A stretch of DNA of 64,000 nt, taken from positions 109,246,001 to 109,310,000 of the forward strand of contig CM052817.1 of assembly GCA_028534125.1 (NCBI GenBank), given 5' to 3'. This DNA is from Lama glama. Lineage: Eukaryota. The first letter of the stretch is position 1; each line of letters begins with the position of its first letter. Of this stretch, positions 1 through 12,271 are shown in pieces. The notes under the pieces are model-generated. The model worked only from the letters and a program-made list of their open reading frames with translations. It made no database searches and was not told the DNA's origin. Position numbers and translations under genes: made by a program.

Positions 1-455
1 AGCATGGGGAACAGAAGAACCCTTATTCAGAAAGAGGCCAAGTATTTCAGATCCAGAGGGGGCACAGAAAGTTGTAAGTTTTAGAAATAGGGACTAACAT
101 GATGCTTAATCCCGTGAATAAGTCAACATTTGGGAGGGAAGAAATAACCGTAAATGCAGACCACATGCCTCCTGGTGGCTAACTCTGAAATCCAGGGTCC
201 CAGGTGAGGTCAACTCTGAAAGAGCAAAGGTGAGGAGAGAAGGGTAGACCAGTGGTAGCTTGAAGTCCTCACCAGTCCGTGATGTGAGGGCTCTTACAGA
301 ACTGCCCAAGTCGGCCAGTAACCGGGACAGAGTGAAGGGCACAGGCAGGAGTCTTTAAAGCTTGGGGACTGATGGAGAGAGACATGGAAATAGGGCAGAA
401 GAAAAAGCTGTACTATAAAGCTTTTAAAGAAATGTTTTAAAGAAATGAAACTTAC

Positions 456-599
456 TCAACCACCATATTTGTAAATTATACAACCAAATACATATTTCTT
501 TGAAAGAATATTCCTAGGAGCCAGACACTAATTCCAAAAACTGCTTTCGTTTCTCATAGCATCTTCAGAGATCCATTACAAGACACAATCATGTCCACA
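456..599 (-). pseudogene. Exon remnant, 144 nt
   Basis: Acceptor tctgtttatgtcag|, donor TGA|gtaagt, 88-nt intron to the previous exon. LCLVMDL*RCYEKRKQFLELVSGS*EYSFKEICIW loosely resembles RGSL1 DLYFFSEMEKFNDLVSSAHMLQVNRAYNENDVIL. Confidence 0.55.
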
Positions 600-687
600 C
601 TGACATAAACAGACCTGTCTGGTTTCTTAAGTAGCATTTGTCTTTCTTTGATCTATGACTGAAGACTGGTTCTCAAACTGAACTTAC

Positions 688-858
688 TCAAAAGAATAAA
701 TATTTGATGTCACTTTTAATTTTTGGAAAAAAAGTTCTTTTAAGTTTCAAGACATTTTCAAAATTGTTTGGGCATGACACAGTCTCAAAGCATGGGGTTC
801 CAAAGGAGCTACAGAAAACTTTTCTTCCATTCGTCTATGAAGCTCCATGACAATGCAT
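688..858 (-). pseudogene. Exon remnant, 171 nt
   Basis: Acceptor catttttcag|, donor TGA|gtaagt; CIVMELHRRMEEKFSVAPLEPHALRLCHAQTILKMS*NLKELFFQKLKVTSNIYSF. Confidence 0.55.
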
Positions 859-2113
859 CTGAAAAATGTAATACACAAATTCAAACACTAACCAGTTCCT
901 TACAAGCTGGTTTGAAAACAATATTCATTAGTATGTTGAAATACTGTGTACATATTTATATTTGTATATTTACACATATCTTGTTTCTTCATAATTAAGC
1001 AACTGAGTGAAATTAATCTAACCAGTAGACAGTTAAAGCTAAGGATTTCCTTATTTCTAGAATTGTCTTGATTGTATTAAAGTTTTATCATTTGTATCAC
1101 ATTTCCACTTACCCATGTGTTAGTCCTTCTTAAGTAAGGAAAGTAGAAAATGTGTAAGTAATGGTATGAACACGGCCGTGCAGGTTAGGGTGGCAGACTG
1201 CAGCACAGTGAGCCTGCAGACAGGCTGTCCAGAGCCAGCTACATCAGTGCCACCCATGGTTCCTACTGTCCTGCCACATAGCTCCCACCCTCCCTGCCCC
1301 CTCCCAGTCCAGGATGGCTGCGGGGACTGGAGCTCCCCGTCAGAGCTGCAGATCAGGTGGAAGGGGAAAGCCAGGAGAACCAAGCAAGTACCCCTTTTAG
1401 AAGTAGATTCTCTATAAGCAGGTTTTCCAGAAATCTTTTGTTTGTCTATTTATGTCTCCAGGCCAGAACTTAGCCATATGATTACAAGCTGAAAAGGAGT
1501 CCAGTTAGAAATTGATTTGTCAAACTAAGGAAGAAGATGGTGGTGGTGGAGCATGGATATTGAGGAGGCAACCAGAAGCCTCTGCCAAAACTGGTTTTAT
1601 CTCCTTAGAGTACTTTTGTGCCACAGCCTCCATCTTCAATTTTCTTGGACCATCCAGACAGGACCAGTAATTTTCTCCATGACATGGTTAGTTCTCTCAT
1701 TTTTGAACAGAACCTGAGGATGATTTAGGACATTGTCATTTAATTTGCAAAATTATGATACTGGGAGCTTGATCTTCAAGTAAACAACAGTTATTTAAAT
1801 ATTTTGTAGGATTTTTTCTTACTGAAGGAGCTCTTTGTATAATGCAACCAAACACCTGGCTCACTAGAAAGGACACTGAAGAAGGCACCCAAAAATGATG
1901 CTTTGGAGTTAAAGTTGGTTAAATCCCAGTCACATCAGTTTGCTCTTATACTTCTGTTTAACATGTTCATGCTGGGGAAATTCCAAAGCTTTTATACTAG
2001 TAAAAATTGGTGGAAATAACTTGGGAAGCACAACTTCCTTTTGTTATGTCATTACTTAGCAAAGATGCTTTTGTAGAACATGCTTGACACACTGATAACT
2101 TTGCAAACCCACC

Positions 2114-3535
2114 TCTTGGCTGTGTGAACAGTGCTGCAAGGAACATGAGAGGGCAGATGCCTCTTCAAGATCCTGGTTTCAATTCTTTCAGATAAATACC
2201 CAGAAATGGAATTACTTGACTATATGGTAGTTTTATTTTCAATTTTTTTTAAAGAAAACTTTGTACCGTTTCCAACAGCAACTGCACCATTTTACATTCC
2301 CACCACCAGTGCACCTGCTCCCATTTCTCCACAGCCTCACCCATACCTGTTAGATCTGTTTTTCAGATTTTGCTTGTTTGGTTTTTCTGGGTTTGTTTCT
2401 TTTTGTCATGGCCATTCTAACAAGCACAAAGTGATATTTCATTGTACTTTTAAGTTACACTTTTTGATGATTAATGATGTTGATCATATTTCATATGCCT
2501 TTTGGCCATTTTTATGACTTCTTTGGAGAAATATCTACCCAAGTCCTCTGCCTATTTAAAAAATGAGATTATTAGAGTTTTTTGTTTGTGTTTTGTTTTT
2601 ATTGTTGAGTTGCAGAAGTTCCTTACATACTTTGGAGATTAACATCTTATCAGATTTATTGTTTGGAAATATGTTTTCTACTTTGTAGGTTTCCTTTGCT
2701 GTGCAGAAGTTGCTCTTGTTGCTGTCAGCTTGATATAGACCCACGGGTCTATTTTGCTTTTGATGCCTGAGCTTTTGGTGTCATATTCATGAAGTCATTG
2801 TCAAGGCCATGAAACTTCCCCTCTGTTTTCCTTTAGAAGTTGCATGGTTTCAGGTTTTATGATTGAGCCTTGAATTAATTTTGAGTTGATTTTGAGATTG
2901 TATAGTGTAAGATGGGGGCCCCCTGTCATTGTCTTGCACACGGACATCAGTTTTCACAGCACCACGTGCTAAAGAGACCATCCCGTACCCAGCAAGCACT
3001 CTTGTCAAAGGTGAATTGACCATATACGCATGGGTTTATTTCAGGACTCCACCCTGTTCCTTTGCAGAATTATACACAGTAGCTGTGATGTGGAAACAAC
3101 CTAAATGTCCATCAGAAGATGAGTGGATAAAGAAAATGTGATATATACATCCCATAGAATATCACTGAGTCATAAAAAAGAAGGAAATCTTACCATACAC
3201 AACATCCTGAAAGAAACTTGAGGACAATATGTTAAGTGAAATAAGCCCATTACAGAAGGACAAATACCGCATGATTCCATTTATATGAGGCATACGTTTA
3301 AAATAGTCAAACCTGTAGAAGCAGAGAGTGGAATGATGGCTGCCAGGGGCTGGGGAGAGGGTGAAGTGGGCAGGTGCTTTCCAATGGCATAAACTTTCAA
3401 TTACATCAGATACATAAGCTTTAGAGATCCGGTGAGCAATACTGTGATATCGTCAGCAATGCTGTTCTATGTACTTGTTAAGATGGTAGATTTCATGTTA
3501 TTTATTCTTACCTCAATCAGGGAAAGAAAAAGAAA
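2114..3535 (+). mobile_element. 5'-inverted, truncated L1 (old L1M-type)
   Basis: 2114-3060 is antisense L1 ORF2-end sequence; 3061-3535 is the sense 3' end with an A-rich tail; both segments meet at the same L1 position. Confidence 0.8.
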
Positions 3536-3575
3536 TTGCAAAATGCACACATTAATATTTGAATTTAGAACTTAC

Positions 3576-3655
3576 TCAGATTAGTTTCCAATTATTGTGT
3601 TTTACTTCCAGAGAGCCAGTTACCTACAGAGAGCAGGACTCTCTGAAATAACAAT
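3576..3655 (-). pseudogene. Exon remnant, 80 nt
   Basis: Strong acceptor gttttctgttctcag| and donor TGA|gtaagt; stops in all frames. Confidence 0.5.
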
Positions 3656-4429
3656 CTGAGAACAGAAAACATCAAACAAGAAAGATATTAGAGCAACCAT
3701 AAAAGAATGTTTCTAAAGCTAATAAAAATTAGTCAAAACAAAATATATGATTACATGAAATCTTAGGTACAATTTTTGATCATGAAACTAAGACTGCTTG
3801 CTAAGAGATACATAAAAAAATGACATTGTAAAGGAGTTTTTAATCTCAAATTTTAGTTGTCTGAAACCTGAATGTAAATTTCTATTCCTATAGTTTTCCT
3901 TGTGGTTCAGGTTTTAAGACTCCTTATACCTAAAGAAAGTTAGCTTAAGTTACAGTGTTTTGAGCTGAGTGCTGAACTGTGTTTTCAGTGGAATTCTAAT
4001 GCTAATGTGAACTGAAAATGTTGAAGTATAATGTCTGGCAAGTAACGTAATTAGTGCAACTCCCAGAGGAAAGTCGTCAAACCAACATGACATCATGCAT
4101 TTCAAGGTGTCATTAGAAAAAGAATTCATATGCTTGTTGTCTCAAAGGCTTTGCCCTCATCACACAAAAGGGCACTGAAATCTCAAGAGTACATAGTCAC
4201 ACGCAGTAACATTTCAACTGGAAATTACATCTAGTAGCAATAAGTTACGTGTCTAATAATAAAAGAAAATGATAGAATAAAAAATACGATTTGAATGATT
4301 GCCTAAAAAATATTTTCTTAAAATAGAACCAGAGCAAAAAATAGTCATGCCCTGTTCAAAGTCTATAACATAGATGAGAAATTTGGGCCAAGAACAGCTT
4401 TCATCTTCCAGGACCTAGACAAAAGCGGC

Positions 4430-4884
4430 ATGATGGTTAATTTTATGTGCCAACTCCACTGGCTGAGAGATGCCCCAGGAGCTGGTGAAACATTGTTTCC
4501 GGGTGTGAAGGTGAGGGTGCTCCCAGAGGAGGTGAGCCTTTCAACAGAGGACTGAGAAAAGCTCGCCGTCACCAATGCGAGGGGATGTCATCCAACCCAC
4601 TGAGGGCTTGAGGAGAAGGAGGTGGACGAAGGGCAAATTGTCTCTCTGCCTGAGCTGAGGCGTCTGTCTTCTCCTGCCCTGGGACGCGGGCCCCCTGGGT
4701 CTCTGGCTTTTGGACTGGACTGAGTTGCACCAAAGGCCCTCCTGCTTCTCCAGCTCGCAGACAGCAGATCTCGCAGCATTTGGCCTCCATAATCATGTGC
4801 ACAAATTTCTATAAAAGATCTCCTGTTGCACGTAGCTCTGTATCGCCCATCGGCTCTGTTTCTCTGCAGAGGCCTGAATAATAC
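4430..4884 (+). mobile_element. MLT2-type (ERVL) solo LTR
   Basis: Typical start tgatggttaattttatgtgccaact and end tctgtttctctgcagaggcctgaataatac. Confidence 0.8.
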
Positions 4885-4963
4885 CCTTAATAAACCAGAT
4901 TTACTATTTGTTGTTGTCTTCATGTTAACTACAACTACATACAAAGCAATATTTTAGCGTACT

Positions 4964-5436
4964 TGTTACCGAGTCCAAACTCATTCTGCTCGCTACACAA
5001 CAGGCCAATAAATTGGGAGATGAGGTGTTGGGGCAAGAAATACTGACTTTATTTGGAAAGCTGGCAGACTGAGAGGATGGCAGGCTAATAATGTCTTGGA
5101 GAACCATCCTGCTTCAGTCAGAATACAGGCTCCTTTATCCAAAAAAAAAAAAAAAACCCAAAACAGACAAACAAAAAACATCCACAAAAACAGGGGAGGG
5201 GGTGTGGTTGGTTGTTGCAAACTTCTTGCTACAGGCATTCTTCCTTCTTGCAGCCCTCCATGTGGGGTAGGTCATGGTGTCCCTGTAAACCTCCAGCAAA
5301 ACAAAGGTTATTCTCTATTCTGCAACTGTGTTATCTTTACATCAGTGCAGAGCTTGCAAGACTAAGCCTAGGAAACAGGGCACGGGGTTAAATCTAAAGG
5401 AACAGATCTAAGTCAGATTGATTCTCCTCTATTACA
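4964..5436 (-). mobile_element. ERV1-class solo LTR with 4-bp TSD (tact)
   Basis: TG...CA termini, TSD tact at 4960-4963 and 5437-5440, AATAAA on the minus strand; homologous to 52467-52991. Confidence 0.85.
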
Positions 5437-5716
5437 TACTCATTGTTTGTGCCATTTTCATGCTTATAAATGAACTTAATTATATATTTATGAAGTCCAC
5501 AACAGTTATAAACCAAGGCATCCTCCTTTTTTAAGTGTTAGCAGGGTGCGGGGAGCAGCTCGGATGGGCACACATGCTTCCTGCGGATACAAGGCAACTC
5601 AAGGCCTCCACGTTCCTTCTTCCATTCTCACCTTTACAAAAGAACACTTAGGACAACTAAAAGAAAATAAACGTCATTTTAAAATGAATGTAGATGTGCT
5701 TAATGGAAGCTGAACT

Positions 5717-5742
5717 CTGTGTGTGTGTGTGTGTGTGTGTGT
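5717..5742. repeat. (TG)n microsatellite
   Basis: Run of tg dinucleotides. Confidence 0.9.
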
Positions 5743-5869
5743 TGTGTATTTATCATTTCTACCTAATGAGAGCTGGGTGATAAATCGAGCTATCCTGAAG
5801 CATTTACTTCTGCAGATGGAAGAAAAAAACCCTCAAGCTAATTTAAGAGGAGTTAGCTTTATTGTTTAC

Positions 5870-6141
5870 AATGACAGGACTCTCGAAGTTCTTAACAGCA
5901 TTGGTTTATCCATGACTCCTTGTATGAGGCAATCAAATCATCACCAACGGAATGTCTCCAATGAGGAAACCAGATCAAAGAGGTCAAATAGCTCCTCTCG
6001 AATCACATGGCTCCGAAGCAGAGCATCGGCTCCAAGGCCAGAGAACCTGGCCCCGAGTCATCCCAGACTTTCCACCTAGTTTTGTGTTTTGGAAGAAACG
6101 ACGTTTGACCTCATATGAATCACCAGCAAAGTGCTTAAAAC
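5870..6141 (-). pseudogene. Exon remnant, end of an RGS-like domain
   Basis: Acceptor cttacctccttccag|; RSHVIREELFDLFDLVSSLETFRW**F resembles RGSL1 MRHVTTSTLLTLQGHVMKSIEEKW; several stops. Confidence 0.6.
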
Positions 6142-6223
6142 CTGGAAGGAGGTAAGGGCCAACAAAATTTAAATAAATCGTAGCCCAGAAATACAGCCAC
6201 AACTTTGTCAAAGCGTCAAATAC

Positions 6224-6640
6224 TTGGTGGCTCTTCCTTTCCTCTAGGGCCTCTCCTAGAGGAGCTCGTGTTCAGGTGACGAGGAAGGCTTCAAAATAGC
6301 TTAAACTTGTCCAGCTTTTTCCCACCCAGAACAACTGTCAACAGAATCATTCCTACCATGCCAGTTGGTACAGTTCTGCTCGGGGAGAGAGGACACACAA
6401 ATGTGTGAAGTGTGACAGTTGGTTTCAGTAAACGAGGACGTCGGGCCTGAAGTGGACTGGAGCCCAGCCCCGCCAGCAGATAACCCAGAACTAGCCATGC
6501 TCCCCACGGCGCCCTCACAGTCCAGGGTGCGTCCCACAGAGCAGTCTGTGTGGCTGCTCTGCTGGAGCGCACTGTGCCTGCAGCTGCATTCTCGGAAGAA
6601 TACTCCCTGTTTTCCATCTTACATGGTCGTAACATCAAGA
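6224..6640 (-). pseudogene. Large exon remnant, start of an RGS-like domain (frameshifted)
   Basis: Acceptor ctcatttccccataag|. CKMENREYSSEN resembles RGSL1 TKMSFEELCYKN; FTETNCHTSHI resembles LTEVLLNTQHL; ILLTVV resembles QFLTAV, with the motifs spread over different frames. Donor CAA|gtattt. Confidence 0.6.
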
Positions 6641-6722
6641 CTTATGGGGAAATGAGTCCATTTTAAGATCCTCTTTGTGTGTTTAGATCCATGTCCTGCT
6701 AGCCTGTGTGTACACGTTACCA

Positions 6723-6775
6723 CAGTAAGCCCCAGGGGCACACGTAATGTGACCAGTAAGCCCCAGGGGCACACG
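6723..6775. repeat. Two direct copies of a 22-bp unit
   Basis: cagtaagccccaggggcacacg at 6723 and 6754. Confidence 0.85.
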
Positions 6776-8080
6776 CCATAGTAAACCTTCATTTGGGGTC
6801 GTGTATCCATAAGTTGTCTGGCTGGTTCTAGGGGTCTAGTAGATTCAGCAACGCTCAGTCACTTGGCCATAGTCAGCATCAGTTAGCCAGGGAGCTTTCC
6901 AGATCTCAGGTAGACATTCTTTCATACTAAGGGTCTGGGATGTCTGACCAGGTCTCATCCTCCAGCCGGCTGGTCGGAGGATATTTTCTCGGCAGGGATG
7001 GAAGAAAGAAAGAGAAAGTGAGCATGGGAGGTGGGGAGACTTCTTGAGGCTGAGTCTCAAAGCTGCCACGTTGTCACTTCCACCACTTGTACTTGGCCAA
7101 AGCAAGTCATACATTCAGGCCAAATTCAAGGAACATAAAAACAGATTCCATTTCATGACTGGAAATCAGAAAAGTCCCATTGCTGAGAATTGGGAGCTGG
7201 CCAGGAGTGGGGGTGGCATCGGAAATTGGGACCATTTTCACAGTCTATCTGGCACACCTGGGGGCCCGAAGCCCAGCACTCAATGCGTGTTCCTTCTGAA
7301 GGTGACACAGCTCCAACTCCCAGCCGGCCCAGAGTAGTGCCCTGCTCTTCATTCCTCTCCATCCCTCATGGTACCCACCACCACGCTCATCTTTGGCCTT
7401 TCTCCCTGACATCCTTCATCCAAAGATGTCTCCTGTGTCCAACATCAAAATTAACATAGCTCAAAATAGAAGGGCACTGGCACTGTCAGAACGGACGCCC
7501 GGCAATCAAAACAGACACCGCTGGTGGGCAGCCCTCCCTGCTTTACGTCTGCACATCAGGCCACAGTTTCCCCCAGCAAAGCTCATCAGGGCTGCCTGTC
7601 CTGGACACAAGCCCACCATGTCTCTGAAATATTTGAGGCAGTTTCTTTTGCGTCACATGGACGTGCTCCAGGTAGCCCACTGATGATGTGAAATTCAGCA
7701 CTATATTGTCTACGTGCACCAGTGCATTTTTCTAAAGCAAAGGTCTATAATTTCCCCTGTATCCTTAAAAAAGAGACTGTGACTCAGAAAAGCTAAGAGC
7801 CACTACTTATTTGGGTTAAGCTGATAAATAAGTCATCATACTAAAATGCTAGAGAGCAGAGAAGACTTCACTTTTCAAAAAAGCACTCTCAGGTTCTGTG
7901 ACAGGTTATATAATTGATGTCACTTAGGGGCATTTTAAGGACCAAAGAGTGGCAGCTGCTAGACAGGTAAACTTGCAGGACTGAATCTGACATTTCTGGA
8001 GCTCTGTTTTTCCAGAAATGTCACTGGTGAGAGGGAGAGCCAGTATTAGCCTTAAAAATATTTCCAACCTGGTAACTCAC

Positions 8081-8155
8081 AAGGAGTTAAATTTCATAGG
8101 AATTTGATGATAGAAAAGTACAAACCTACTCCCCACCTCAGAGATTCATTGGTCA
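8081..8155 (-). pseudogene. Possible exon remnant, 75 nt
   Basis: Acceptor ttcattttcag|, donor CTT|gtgagt; one stop; no clear homology. Confidence 0.25.
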
Positions 8156-8429
8156 CTGAAAATGAATTTACCAAATTGTTCCTGAAAGGTTTGCTTCGGG
8201 ACAGGGTGACCTGAACAGGAGGCTCACTGAGGACCAGCAGAGAAGAGAAAGGACCTCACGGGACTTGAATCCACCAGCCAGACATCATCACTTCCCTTCC
8301 ATACAGAGAACGTGCGCAATGATTAAGCTCAAACCCACCGTGATCATGCCAACCACAGTCCTTGCGTGCCTTTTACTAATCACATCATGACAAAGGCAAA
8401 ACTTGGATTCCATGAAGAACTTCACTTAC

Positions 8430-8485
8430 TTCTTAGTCAAGGACAGACACTTTCCAGGAACCTGGAGGGGGCAAGTCTGAACAGA
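8430..8485 (-). pseudogene. Possible exon remnant, 56 nt
   Basis: Acceptor tgttctgatctcag|, donor GAA|gtaagt; SVQTCPLQVPGKCLSLTK is open. Confidence 0.35.
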
Positions 8486-8740
8486 CTGAGATCAGAACAG
8501 ACACATTGCTGCCTGGTCTTGCTTTTGGACAGAAAAATAGAGCGAGGGAAGAAGCATTTTTGGTGATGAAAAACATCAGAAGAATAGAGGTGCCTTGGAA
8601 ATTAGTCTTAGAACTTATACCATTATAATTAAGTAGCTTTCACAAAATGTCACTTGTCACCAATCAGTGTCTAATTTTATCTTTATATCATGAGACTCAG
8701 AAGTAACTTTTAGCTTATTTTTAAACTTTTTTGTAGCTAC

Positions 8741-8970
8741 CTCATGGTGAAGTCGATATCTGGGTCTGCCATTTCTGGACTTCAACCCAACAATATTATC
8801 AGCCTGGTAGGCAGCTCTTCTCTCTTCTTTCTCCCACGAAACGGTGTCAGAAGGTCATGATCATTTCTCTTTCCCAAGAAGCCATATCAATGATTGGCCC
8901 ACATCCTCCCCATCAACAAACAGCCATTGCCTTGTTATTAATCCCTTTGGTTAACCCTGTTGTTTCGCTC
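8741..8970 (-). pseudogene. Exon remnant, 230 nt
   Basis: AKQQG*PKGLITRQWLFVDGEDVGQSLIWLLGKEK*S*PSDTVSWEKEERR...; RQWLFVDGEDVGQ resembles RGSL1 RQWRKIATEDLKQ; acceptor tcttctccttggaag|, donor GAG|gtagct. Confidence 0.6.
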
Positions 8971-9077
8971 CTTCCAAGGAGAAGATACAGGCTTGCAGAC
9001 ATCCTAACCCACTATCTACATCACTTCAGTGTAAGTAGATCTCTAGTCAGACAAAATGGTCTTTTAGCTCAGAGTGA

Positions 9078-9199
9078 AAAAGAAAATGTGACAATGAATA
9101 TATGTTTGTTCATGTATAACTGAAAAATCGTGCTCTACACTGGAATTTGACACAACATTGTAAAATGACTATTACTCAATTAAAAATGTTAAAAAAAAA
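9078..9199 (+). mobile_element. Young L1 3' tip
   Basis: ...tgctctacactggaatttgacacaacattgtaaaatgact...aaaa, same family as 25889-26592. Confidence 0.85.
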
Positions 9200-10072
9200 C
9201 TTTTAAAGGGGGCAGCTTAATTTTCTTCCTACTATGGAGAAACAAAATCATGCAAAAACATCCCAGTAATAACAAAACAAAGAAAAATATCTAACAAATA
9301 TGGACCAGAATGCAGTTGCTACTTTAAACTGAGTCTTCCCTGATATGATAGTAAGGCTACTAACATTTTTCAACCACCTCTTTTAAATAAATCTCTTGTA
9401 TTCATCTGTGTGTGGGGGGGGGGGGAGTAGGGGTTAAACAACAGAACAGAGTGTTGTGAAATTGCTTGAAACTAGAAAAGAAGGACAAAAAGTACACAAA
9501 TACTTGCAATAAACAAGACACTCTTTCAGGTGCGTCATATATGTTATTTTATTTTCTACTCAGAAAAACTGATTTTACATAGGACTACATTTCCGAGACT
9601 AAATTTAACAACCCACTCAAAGTCTCCATTGCTGGATTTTAAAGAAAGCATTTAAACACAGAGATGCTTGACTATAAAAACAGCATGCCAAACCTCTGCT
9701 CTCACATGATAGCTTTTGAATTCTCAGACAAAAGTAGAGGAAAGGAAATCAAAACTATAGGCAAGATGCTTTAATTAACATGACTAAAATCAGCACCATA
9801 AAACATTTTTAAAATGCTGAAAGTGAGGTTTAAAAAAAAAAAACCTGTAGCTTTCCCCAGGGTCTGCTTGAATCCCAGAGGATTTTTTCCTGTCCTTTTT
9901 CCATGTGAAGGAAAAACAAACAGTCCGTGAGCCAGCATTTACCTCGCATTTTGAATCTATCAGCAACAGCTTGTCTTTTTACACTTGTGTCCTTGAAAAT
10001 GTTCTTCAAGCCTTACCATCTTTTCAAAGTCTGTCTCTTAATTTGTGGCTCAAATGCAGAAGCAGAACTTAC

Positions 10073-10184
10073 CCTTGAGAAAACATTCAGAGCCATCTCT
10101 TAATTTAGGGCATAAATCAGAACCCAGCAGAGCTATCCATGACTGTGCAGCGTACAACTCAGCTTTGCGTATCAGGCCAGCAAG
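10073..10184 (-). pseudogene. Exon remnant, 112 nt, open
   Basis: LAGLIRKAELYAAQSWIALLGSDLCPKLRDGSECFLK; donor AGG|gtaagt; phase 1 matches the next exon. Confidence 0.55.
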
Positions 10185-11774
10185 CTGAATTCATAATAAT
10201 AATGAGAAATAATAATTCTCCTAAAATCTCAGAAAAGTGAAAGAGGAGACTTGAAAAGTCAAAAATTCTTATGTTTAGAGGCATCAATGGATTCAATTAC
10301 AACACTGCAAGAAATTTTTAGTATGTATCCAAACATTTTAAATAATTAAATCATGGTTTTTCATGTTGCCTAACACTTGGCTGGCGCCCACAGTGCACTA
10401 ATCTCCTTAGAGGGCCAAGGAAACCAAGGGCAATGGTCTCCTACCGCTAATCCACAGGGAAGGTTTCCATTTTTACCGTAATACGTTGTGAGGAGTAAAT
10501 TGCAGATTCGCCATCACTGAGCAAACAATGTGAAATGATGTGTTCAAACAAAGGAGATGAAATTAGGGAGAACTGCATGAGTGAGTATATAGCCCTAAAT
10601 TTAGGTCACAGAACCTCCTGGATAAATCTGGAGCGAGGAACAGTAGTCTAAGAGTAGGGCTTGTGACAAAGAATTAGAGAGGTTTTATTTTAGGTTTACA
10701 ATAAGTCCCTGGAGTGAATAAGCTCTCAGAAAAGGAAATGAGATTTCAGGCTTTATTAATAAAGGTGTGGGATGAGTATAAGCCACACCCCGCCGGTGGC
10801 TGAGGACCCCGCCTGCTAGATGTGCTGTTCTCTGGATGGACGCAGTGACCACTTGGAAAATTCCCATACGGAGAATGAGCACAGGAAACAAGAATTAAGC
10901 TAATCTATACGAGTGTCTATAACATGAAAATAAGGACCACTGCCCTCAAACATTTGAAGGACCTTCACCTAGAAGAAGGAGTAAAATTATTTTCTATGGG
11001 CAAGCAAAACAAACCTCAGGGTGGAAATCGTAGCCAGGCTAATTCTGACTTAAAATATGCAAAAATCTCTTATGTTAGTCATACAAGAGACCAAATTGCC
11101 TACAGGTTATTGTCTTAGACTTCAGGGGCTGCAGGAAGAGAGACAGTGCTTACATCTGATGGGGGAGCGTGTCTCCCTGGCTCTGCTGTGGCTGCAGAAA
11201 GGGCTGAGCCAGGTGTCCTAGAAGAATAAACCAAAGGGAGAAGAGTACGCCAACTTGCAAATGTGACTTAAAAACAAGAATCTGTATAGGAGTAAGTTCT
11301 TAATCATAATAACACAAATCCCCAGGACACATGTTTTAAGGGCACAGTGAACATTCTCTTTGGTTCCGTGTTTGTGACTGCATAGTCTTTTTGAACATAG
11401 AAATTCTGAAACCACAAAGTGAAGCTTCTGTTCATTGCCTTTTTGCTTCAAAAGTTCCTACAATACAGTGATTAGGGTTCGCTGAACAACCATGGTCTCC
11501 CTTTCGACACATGTAATGACACCAAACGTTTTCTAAGCAAGAAGTCCCAAATCACCCTGGATTTTCATCTCTGATAAAAGACTGCATGATGCCCCGGAGC
11601 CAGCCTTCTCATTCCCCCCAGCCTAGGTCACTGGGCTGACTTTGTAGGAATAGAGCTAAGGGTGTCACTTTCTCACCTCTAAAAGGCTAACTGATATCAA
11701 CACAATACCATCAAAATGGCCTTTGGGGGAAAGTTAAATGTCCATCTAAATTAAATCATGCAATTCTGCATTAC

Positions 11775-11898
11775 CTGAAAGTTTGCTATGGGGATCCACC
11801 TTGTGAACTTAATAACAGATCTCTTTATTTTGAGCAGTGTCAGAAGAGTTGGAGTTGTACGTGCATCCATGAAAGAGCATGATTATAAGCATTCCCAG
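11775..11898 (-). pseudogene. Exon remnant, 124 nt
   Basis: Acceptor atattttcag|, donor CAG|gtaatg; every frame has a stop. Confidence 0.5.
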
Positions 11899-12271
11899 CT
11901 GAAAATATATGTACAAACACTGTAAGACATTTACACATAAGGACATTTTCAGAAAGTAGTAGCTTTCTGCAGTTATTTCCCTAAGATTGAAGAAGATAAA
12001 CATATGCCTACTCATTACTGAGACTCCCGGAAGGCGGTCATTCCCCGAGGGCTCTGTCTCCCTTGCATCCTTCTTACCATCCATCCGGACACAGTTATAA
12101 ATCCTTCCCTTCTTTTCTCACGTCCTTGTCTCTCTTTTCCTCTTTTCCCATCCTTCCTTCAGCCACCATTTCCCTCAGGGTCAATTAAGGACAATTTCTT
12201 GGGCTTCTCTGTAGGCAATCACTGTAGAAAAAAACAAAAAATAAAAAGATCTCTAGAAAATCAGTGACATT

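Noticed and set aside
8741..8772. Minus-strand start exon MADPDIDFTM with good Kozak context
   Set aside because: A different frame of the same segment is phase-compatible with flanking exons and carries the RQW...ED..Q family motif; no promoter features nearby.
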